Assembly: GCA_049472315.1 (NCBI GenBank)
Contig: JBLIRN010000032.1
Location: forward strand, 1 to 34,686
Direction: 5' to 3'
Length of the DNA: 34,686 bases
Source: a bacterium
Lineage (GTDB): Bacteria > SZUA-182 > DTGQ01 > JAFGSM01
Position 1 is the stretch's first letter, and each line of letters starts with the position of its first letter. The notes under the pieces are model-generated. The model worked only from the letters and a program-made list of their open reading frames with translations, ran no database searches and was not told the origin of the DNA. Below, piece by piece: positions 27,689 through 34,686 of the stretch. Made by a program: the position numbers and the translations under genes.

Positions 27689-27776
27689 CTCATGCCAATT
27701 TATGGCGCCACGAAGCATGAAAAATTGATTTTATTTTTGGAACAAAAACTGATAATTCAAGACCTGACCCCAAACC
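27689..27776. repeat. Second, partial copy (right half) of the 7161-7335 element
   Basis: CTCATGCCA...CCACGAAGCATG...GGAACAAAA(A)CTGATAATTCAAGACCTGACCCCAAACC aligns to 7254-7340. Confidence 0.85.
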
Positions 27777-28302
27777 TGTTGAAGATTTTCTTTGGAATGG
27801 CCGATAGAAGGATTTAAGGATACGTATACCGATTAGAATGAAATGGAGATGATTGTTGTGTGATATTTATTGGTATGAGAATCCCGCTTGAAGGCTTGGG
27901 CCGGCACGGATCGATTGCATGAATTGATCCGCGGACACCGGCCGGAAGGTTTGAAGGCACAGTGAAGTGCCTTCGAATAAAAGGCACTCAGGGGGCTTGC
28001 ACATTGTATCAGGGCAATGCTTATGGAAATGCATGAGCATGTGTCCGAGACAAAGGGGGCAATCGTATGAACCTTCCGAGGAGCACAAGACGCCTTGTTT
28101 GCCTTCCCGCGATGTCGCGGTCCCTTTCCAGAACCATGCGGATCGTTCATTCCCCGCATCTTCTTCTGAGCAATCCATCCGATACCCCCTCAACATTAAA
28201 AAACAAAATGCGCTATATGCCGCCCCTCAGGGGGCTTGAAACGGCAAGGAGCATTCAGACCGCAAAAATAACGTGCCTTTGCGGGACTATAAGGGGGCCA
28301 CA

Positions 28303-31300
28303 ATGAACAGCAAACACTCATATAGATGGCAGGTGAAGAGATTCAGAAGCCTGAACAAGAGATTCATGTTCCGGGTTGGCTTCCTGTTTTTGTCCTTAAG
28401 CCTTTTTGTGTTTGCAGCGCCTGTTGAAGCGCAAACGATCTCCTCGGCAGCCAACCAGACCTTTAAGGTGGGCGATCCGGCCACCCTCATCAGCACAATC
28501 ACGATCATTGATAATGTGGGGGGAACGATAACCGGGGGGAAGGGGGGGGATGATATCCGTATTCGGATACCATCGAGCTTCAACATGATCTGGGATACCA
28601 GTATTATCGCACTGACCTTTGGCGGTACTGCGGTGGCCAAGATAGATGCCACTAAAACCAAATATGTAGATAATAAGACCCTGTTCCTGGAAGTGAAAAC
28701 CACCTTTACTGCGGGTGAGTATATCACCGTTTCGGGTCCGAAATTCACCGACTTTACTGCTGTCTCACCGGCAGACAACTTGGAGTTGGACGTGGATAAC
28801 GATGGTGCGGCCGATGACTTCGATGACAAGACCATTACCATTGCCGATGATTCATTGACCCTTGCCGACCATGCCGCAGGACAGCAGACGAACAGCCTCG
28901 TCGGCACCAGCCCGTTCACCGGCGCGCAGCTTTTCCGCTTTAAGCTGACCAACGAAACAGCCGGCGTGCTCACCGTCGACCAGGTGGTCTTCCAACTCTC
29001 CTCGGTCACAGGGATTGTGCAGGGGGATTTTGCCAACCTCGAGATTTACGTGGACAGTGATAACAACGGCGGGATCGAGGCCGGGGAGACCACCACGGTA
29101 GGCGGCTCGGGCGTGGTGAACGCAGGGGTCACCACCATCACCTTCAGCACCGACTTCGACATTTCTGCAGGCGCCACGGTCAACTATATCCTCATGGGGG
29201 ATCTGAGCAACCTCCTGGCAAAAGACACCGTCACGATGGATCTGGGGACGAGCGACATCACCCTTGCATCCGGAAGTGTGGGAGGCAGCGCCACCAGCGT
29301 CACCCACTTCTACTGCGGCGACGGCAAGTTTTCCTACTGGAGGTCGATCACCATCGATCATACACTGGTGGGCATTAACAACACCGGTACCCTGCCTGCC
29401 ACCGGCTTTCCCGTGCTGGTCAGCCTGTCCGGCAACTGGCTCAAGACCACCACCGTGGACCCCGTCAACGGCCGGATCGAAAGCGACAACGGCGCTGACA
29501 TCATCTTCAGGAAATCCGACGGTGAGACCGGCCTCTATCACGAGATCGAAACGTATGACGGCACCAACGGGACCCTGGTGGCCTGGGTGAGAATCGACTC
29601 CCTTTCCAAGGCAACCGATACCACCATTTACATATTCTACGGAAACGCGTGCGTCACGGCTCCCTCCGAGGACCCGGGAAATGTCTGGGATGGCAACTTC
29701 AAGGGGGTATGGCATTTAAAGGAAGACACCGATGAAACCAATGAGGATTCAACCCAATATGGCAATGATGGGACACCCTTTGGCAGTCCGGAGAGCACCC
29801 CGGGGAAAATAGACGGGGCACTCAATTTCAATGTCCCTGGGGACGCCACCAGGATAAACATACCATCGGATCCCTCACTCAATGTACCCGATTACAGCAA
29901 TTGGACAATGTCCGCATGGGTAAAGCCGGAGAGCTACGGGAGCGGTGAGATTGAGTGGCCGATGGCCTATGGATTTGGTGCGGATGCCACTTTGGGACTC
30001 ACCGTAAAAGAGGCGAAACTCCCACCCCCTGTGGGGGCAATAGAGGTGTGGTTTAATGATGCCAAGCATATTCACGGCAATACCCCCGCCACCTTTAATG
30101 ACTGGAATCACATCTGCGTCGTTTACACCCCCACGACATCGTACCTTTATTTGAACGGGACTGCAGATGGTACCGGGGCCAGCGAGGTGATCACTCACTC
30201 CGGAGATATATGTTATATTGGGAGCAGCGCCGTTTATCCCGTCAAGGACGATTTCCTGGGAATCATCGACGAGGTCCGCTTCTCCGGCACCAACCGCGAC
30301 TATGACTGGGTCAGGACCGAGTTCAACAACCAGGATGATACCACGATCGGAGAGGGCCATTTCATAAAGAGCCTGGGCGTAGAGCAGGCGGGCCCGCCCA
30401 CGGCGATCGACCTCATCTCATTTACCGCCACGGGCCGGGATGCATCCGTCCGGGTGGCCTGGGAAACGGCCCAGGAGATCGACAACATGGGATTTTACCT
30501 CTACCGGGCGCAGAGCCCGGCAGGGCCCTTCACCAGACTCACGGACAGGCTCATTCCCGCCCTGAGCTTTTCCGTCATGGGAAAGGCATACACCTATGAG
30601 GATACGGATGTCATCCCGGGTGAGCTTTACTACTACAAGTTGGAAGACATCGACGTTCACGGAACGCACACGATTCACGGCCCGGTCTGTGTGGACTGGA
30701 AGGGTGACGGCATGCCCGATGACTGGGAGATCGCCTACGGCCTCGGCCCTCTCATGAATGACCCCCTGCTCGATCCGGACGGGGACGGCCTCACCAACCT
30801 GGCGGAGTATGTGCTGGGCATGGATCCCCTCAACCCGGATACGGACGGGGACGGCATCCCGGATGGGCAGGAAGAAGGAAAGATCGCGCGTGACGAAGGG
30901 GGCGGGTCCCGGACCCTCACCAGAGGCGTGCAGATCCTCTCCTCCGACGAGACAGGCATCACTGTTGAGCTTCGCACGGATGCCTTTGCCACGGAGGGCG
31001 TCGAGGCACTTGGGGAATCCTATGAGCGGCTCCGGATTCCGGGCTATATCCACGGTTTCACTGAAGCCGTCGGGGCGCCGGAGCTTCCCATGAAGGGGAT
31101 ACTCCTCGACCTTCCGGAGGGTAAATCGGCGCAATTGACGGTTCAAGACATACAAACGCAGACCCATTCTGGCTACCGGGTCTACCCGGTTCCGGAGAAG
31201 GTCGTCCGGGGTGAAGGGGACATGGCCCATGTACAGGAGGTCTTTGCCAGGGACGAGGCGGCCTACGGCATGGATGCCTTTTACCCGGAGGTTGCGGCCC

Positions 31301-34014
31301 GATTGGGGAATACCTATATCTTCAGGGATACGCCAAAGCTCCAGGTCCTCTTCTATCCCCTGGCCTTTAATCCGGCCACCGGGGAGCTCATGCACCGGAC
31401 ACTGATCCGGGTCAGGGTGGAGTACACGGATATCCGGCAACGGGGCCTCATGGACTCCGGAACCGTGCGGTTTCTGGCCTGGACCCCGCCCTCTGAAGGG
31501 CCTGCCTGTAAAATCCTCGTATCCGACGAGGGGATCCACCGTCTGACCGGAACCGAGCTCGAGGCCGGCGGCATCGATGTCGAAGGGATGGCCCTGAGCC
31601 AGGTCCGGCTGTATCACCTGGGAGAAGAGATGGCCATATCCGTGTATGATCCTAACGATAATGACCGCCTTGACACCGGGGAGTATATCCAGTTTTATGC
31701 AAGGCCCGTTGATGCGCAGTATGCAAAATATACAAAAAACAACGTATACTGGCTCACCACCGACGGGGGCTCCGGAGACCCGAAACGGATGGCGGAAATG
31801 GACGCCACCCCGGGAGTCGCTGCAGATCCCAATACCCATACCGGCACGGTGCATTATGAGGAGGACCGGTATTATGTGGGCTCAGCCCCTGGGGATGACG
31901 CAATGGATCGGTGGTTTTTCGACATCAACAGCTATCCTGTCGTAGGAGCGGGCTTCGCCGGCGGAGGGAATCCCGTGGACTTTACCCTCTCCGTTCCCGG
32001 GGCGGCCGGATCAGGGAGCCTGACCATATCGATGTGGGGATACTACGACACCAATCATGTGGTGGATGTCTCGGTCAACGGCGCCCCCGTGGGGACCTTC
32101 TACTGGAGCGATATCGCCTTTTATCAGGCCGCAATCGATCCGGTCGATCTCCTTGCTGGGGAAAACACCGTCACGCTGACCTGCGCCAGCGGGGCCGACC
32201 CGAATGACCTGGACACGATCTTTGTGGACTGGTTCGACGTGACGTACCAGAGGGATTTTTCCGCTTCAAACGACATGCTGCAATTCTCCCATGAGGCCGG
32301 ATACCGCTACCGGATTTCCGGGTTTACAGGAAACGACCTCCTGGCCTTTGATATTACATCCGCTGCTGATGTTCAGCGGATCGTCAATTTCGATCTATCG
32401 GGCAGCGGCCCTTATACCCTGGAATGTGAGCCTGATCCGAACATCACCGGAGAACGGACCTATCTGGTCCTTTCCTCGGATATGACAAAGACCCCGACAT
32501 CAATATCTCCGGACACGGCCTCCACCCTTTCCGATCCGGAAAACGGGGCGGACTATATCCTGATCACCCACCGGGACCTGGGCTGGGACTCGAATGGCGA
32601 CCTCTATGCATGGCTCACCGGACTGGTCTCACTTCGCGAGGCCCAGGGGCTCAGGGTGAAAGTGGTGGATGTGCAGGACGTCTATGACGAGTTCAGCTAC
32701 GGGATCGTCACCCCGCAGGCAATCAAGGATTTTCTCACCTTTGCCTACGACAACTGGACCGAACCCGCCCCCAGGTATGTGCTCCTTCTGGGGGACGCTA
32801 CCTACGATTACAAAAACAACCTGGGCCTTGACGAAAACGCATTTACCTACGTGCCCACCTATCTGACCTTCACCGATTACATGGGCGAGACACTCACCGA
32901 TGAGTGGTTTGTTCAGGTCAGCGGGGACGATGCCGCGCCTGACCTTTATATCGGAAGGCTGCCTGCGGCAAGCGCGGATCAGGCCGCCGTTATGGTCAGC
33001 AAGGTCCTGGCCTATGAGGCCGAGGCGAACACCAAGACCTGGGAGAAGAATACCCTGTTTTTTGCCGACAACCAGGTGGAAGAATACGAGGGGATCTTTG
33101 AAACCTTAAGCGACGAGGCGGCTTCCCTGATCCCTACGGGATTGAATGCCCCCTTCAAGGGGTATCTGGGTGACTATCTTGCCCCGGGGTATCTGACCGC
33201 GGACATCAAGGAAACGATCAATGAGGGCGCCCTCGTCGTCAATTACAGCGGCCACGGCTCCACTCAAATCTGGGCCAGTGAGGCCATCTTTAAAAATGCG
33301 GATCTGGCTGATCCCAATCTGGCCAATAACGACAAGCTTCCCTTCTTTATCAACATGACCTGCCTGACGGGCTACTTCGCCTATCCGGAAAGCTACGGCT
33401 TCCCCTGCCTGGCAGAGGCCTTGCTGCGATCAGAGGGAAAGGGGGCGGTCGCCGCCCTGATGCCCACCGGGATGACCGCACCGGAAGGCCAGTTTGTCCT
33501 GGATACGGCCCTTCTGGATGCCGTATTCACCGAGGATAACCGGGAACTCGGACCCGCCGTCTCCGAAGCGAAACTGATCCTTCTGGCCAATGCCATCGAC
33601 TTCGATGATATCAACACAACCTTCCTTCTGTTCGGGGACCCGGCCATGACGTTGAAGATCCCCCTTCCCATGAGGCCGAAGGGGCTCCAGGTGCACGTGG
33701 AGGACGATGTCGTTGTCCTGAGCTGGCAGGAGGCCACGGACTGCGAGGGCGGGACGGTGGCAGGCTACAATATCTACCGGGCCCTCACCCCGGACGGTGA
33801 CTTTGAAAAGGTGAACACCGCCCTGATCATCGGGACCGAATATGCTGATGCCTCCGCTGAAATCGGGATTTCATACTCCTACGTGGTGACGTCCGTGGAT
33901 TCCGATCAGGACGAGAGCGTGCGATCCCCGGCAGCGAGCACTGCGGGCATTAACGCGCTGAGTTTTGGGGGCAGCGGTTGCTTCATCGACACGATTGAGG
34001 ATGATTTCAACTGA
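28303..34014 (+). CDS. Large secreted C25 (gingipain-like) cysteine peptidase with DUF2341, LamG-like, acidic Ca-binding repeat, propeptide, FN3-like and CFI-type C-terminal regions
   Basis: Signal ending PVEA|Q; FPVLVSL...HEIE...AWVRI...YIFYGN (DUF2341); GVWHL...IDEVRFS (LamG); DGDGLTN/DTDGDGIPDG; ADYILIT, VYDEFSYG, YVLLLGDA, IGRLP; catalytic NYSGHG and NMTC; LFGDP; ends GGSGCFIDTIEDDFN. Confidence 0.9.
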   Translation: MNSKHSYRWQVKRFRSLNKRFMFRVGFLFLSLSLFVFAAPVEAQTISSAANQTFKVGDPATLISTITIIDNVGGTITGGKGGDDIRIRIPSSFNMIWDTSIIALTFGGTAVAKIDATKTKYVDNKTLFLEVKTTFTAGEYITVSGPKFTDFTAVSPADNLELDVDNDGAADDFDDKTITIADDSLTLADHAAGQQTNSLVGTSPFTGAQLFRFKLTNETAGVLTVDQVVFQLSSVTGIVQGDFANLEIYVDSDNNGGIEAGETTTVGGSGVVNAGVTTITFSTDFDISAGATVNYILMGDLSNLLAKDTVTMDLGTSDITLASGSVGGSATSVTHFYCGDGKFSYWRSITIDHTLVGINNTGTLPATGFPVLVSLSGNWLKTTTVDPVNGRIESDNGADIIFRKSDGETGLYHEIETYDGTNGTLVAWVRIDSLSKATDTTIYIFYGNACVTAPSEDPGNVWDGNFKGVWHLKEDTDETNEDSTQYGNDGTPFGSPESTPGKIDGALNFNVPGDATRINIPSDPSLNVPDYSNWTMSAWVKPESYGSGEIEWPMAYGFGADATLGLTVKEAKLPPPVGAIEVWFNDAKHIHGNTPATFNDWNHICVVYTPTTSYLYLNGTADGTGASEVITHSGDICYIGSSAVYPVKDDFLGIIDEVRFSGTNRDYDWVRTEFNNQDDTTIGEGHFIKSLGVEQAGPPTAIDLISFTATGRDASVRVAWETAQEIDNMGFYLYRAQSPAGPFTRLTDRLIPALSFSVMGKAYTYEDTDVIPGELYYYKLEDIDVHGTHTIHGPVCVDWKGDGMPDDWEIAYGLGPLMNDPLLDPDGDGLTNLAEYVLGMDPLNPDTDGDGIPDGQEEGKIARDEGGGSRTLTRGVQILSSDETGITVELRTDAFATEGVEALGESYERLRIPGYIHGFTEAVGAPELPMKGILLDLPEGKSAQLTVQDIQTQTHSGYRVYPVPEKVVRGEGDMAHVQEVFARDEAAYGMDAFYPEVAARLGNTYIFRDTPKLQVLFYPLAFNPATGELMHRTLIRVRVEYTDIRQRGLMDSGTVRFLAWTPPSEGPACKILVSDEGIHRLTGTELEAGGIDVEGMALSQVRLYHLGEEMAISVYDPNDNDRLDTGEYIQFYARPVDAQYAKYTKNNVYWLTTDGGSGDPKRMAEMDATPGVAADPNTHTGTVHYEEDRYYVGSAPGDDAMDRWFFDINSYPVVGAGFAGGGNPVDFTLSVPGAAGSGSLTISMWGYYDTNHVVDVSVNGAPVGTFYWSDIAFYQAAIDPVDLLAGENTVTLTCASGADPNDLDTIFVDWFDVTYQRDFSASNDMLQFSHEAGYRYRISGFTGNDLLAFDITSAADVQRIVNFDLSGSGPYTLECEPDPNITGERTYLVLSSDMTKTPTSISPDTASTLSDPENGADYILITHRDLGWDSNGDLYAWLTGLVSLREAQGLRVKVVDVQDVYDEFSYGIVTPQAIKDFLTFAYDNWTEPAPRYVLLLGDATYDYKNNLGLDENAFTYVPTYLTFTDYMGETLTDEWFVQVSGDDAAPDLYIGRLPAASADQAAVMVSKVLAYEAEANTKTWEKNTLFFADNQVEEYEGIFETLSDEAASLIPTGLNAPFKGYLGDYLAPGYLTADIKETINEGALVVNYSGHGSTQIWASEAIFKNADLADPNLANNDKLPFFINMTCLTGYFAYPESYGFPCLAEALLRSEGKGAVAALMPTGMTAPEGQFVLDTALLDAVFTEDNRELGPAVSEAKLILLANAIDFDDINTTFLLFGDPAMTLKIPLPMRPKGLQVHVEDDVVVLSWQEATDCEGGTVAGYNIYRALTPDGDFEKVNTALIIGTEYADASAEIGISYSYVVTSVDSDQDESVRSPAASTAGINALSFGGSGCFIDTIEDDFN

Positions 34015-34088
34015 ATGGGATGCTGCATCGACACGATCGAGGATGAGTTCATCCGATGGAATGCTTCATCGATACGATCGAGGATGAT
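33979..34088 (+). repeat. Three tandem copies (41-42 bp period) of the CFIDTIEDD-coding tail
   Basis: TGCT(T/G)CATCGA(C/T)ACGAT(T/C)GAGGATGA at 33979, 34021 and 34062. Confidence 0.9.
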
Positions 34089-34416
34089 CTCGCCGGAAAA
34101 GGGCTCCTCAGGCGGTTATTATTATTTAAATAGTTGGAGGGGGATCTGTGTGAATTCGTGAGTCTATGATATGTTTTGAAAAATTCGTAAAACGACGTGC
34201 CGATTTATTCGCAACATATCACGTCTCTTGACATTACAACCCGTTTAATGGGTAATGATGTGAAAATAAAAAATGGATTTTTATCCCATAGCGCGCCCCA
34301 TACATTAATATAACTTATGGATATTGTTTAATTTTGATTTTTTAAAAATGGCCGATTTTCCATGTTTTTGAAAAAAAGTCACACCCAATTCCTCTAATTA
34401 TTTTTCATATGTAAAT

Positions 34417-34596
34417 ACGGTTTGCTCCTATAATGCATAGAGATCGTGACCGAAGGAGAAAAATACAAAGCACAGGTGACCGATGCCCTGTGCAAAGGGT
34501 GCGGGGCATGCGCTGCAGCCTACCCGAGCGGCGCCATGGAGCAGAAGGGATTCAAGTCCACACAGCTTTTGGCAATGGTTGACGTGGCACCGGAGC
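34417..34596 (+). pseudogene. hdrA: C-terminal ferredoxin fragment of heterodisulfide reductase subunit A
   Basis: TVCSYNA, frameshift, then EIVTEGEKYKAQVTDALCKGCGACAAAYPSGAMEQKGFKSTQLLAMVD; resembles the HdrA C-terminus with the fourth Cys changed to Tyr; no 5' part present. Confidence 0.75.
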
Positions 34597-34675
34597 AGAG
34601 GAATTCAACCGGATAAAGCAGACAAGTTCATTCCTGACAAAGGTGATCCGGGAAGGAAAAAGATTATAGATGCGG
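34597..34675 (+). repeat. 79-bp direct repeat, copy 2 (orphan MNT 3' end)
   Basis: Encodes EEFNRIKQTSSFLTKVIREGKRL* versus EEFNRMKRTSSFLKKVIREGKRL* in the intact gene. Confidence 0.9.
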
Positions 34676-34686
34676 CTTGGTGCCTC

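Noticed and set aside
27833..28306. Cys-rich short ORFs upstream of the C25 gene
   Set aside because: Several overlapping frames, none with a recognisable domain or convincing RBS; more likely non-coding upstream sequence.
30418..31854. 478-aa minus-strand ORF and other long antisense ORFs
   Set aside because: They lie wholly opposite well-supported genes and are expected from GC-rich codon usage.
34012..34014. Selenocysteine readthrough of the C25 TGA
   Set aside because: No evident SECIS-like hairpin follows, and the in-frame continuation is explained by the tandem duplication.
33979..34088. Mini CRISPR array
   Set aside because: The 41-42 bp period leaves only about 15-nt, mutually similar inter-repeat segments; the unit is coding sequence and no cas genes are present.

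Overview
Accessory region (about 55-60% GC with AT-rich spacers) from an anaerobic, probably Desulfobacterota-like bacterium; the lineage is inferred from Geobacter-type multiheme cytochromes, an hdrA remnant and sigma-54 promoters. Left to right: the end of a porin-cytochrome-type operon (partial periplasmic multiheme cytochrome, 12-13-heme lipoprotein), SHOCT and DUF2892 membrane proteins, a BsuBI/PstI-type restriction-modification pair, a small inverted-repeat element beside a decayed MazF-type TA pair, and a minus-strand cluster (nucleotidyltransferase, ABC exporter, GT2, Cys-less asparagine-synthase-like ligase, two GT4). A Phd/VapC pair follows. Next is a divergent locus with two sigma-54 promoters, three shared palindromic activator-like sites and a structured leader; it encodes two secreted Gly-rich low-complexity proteins and a secreted TPR/DUF3857/transglutaminase-like enzyme, and is the best candidate for an undescribed system. 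The right part holds a HEPN/MNT pair, a membrane spermidine-synthase-like TPR protein and a 1.9k-aa C25 gingipain-like surface protein with a tandemly repeated CFI-type tail. Several duplicated gene 3' ends (one inverted, one direct) look like rearrangement scars. All family calls come from motif recognition by eye; no searches were run.
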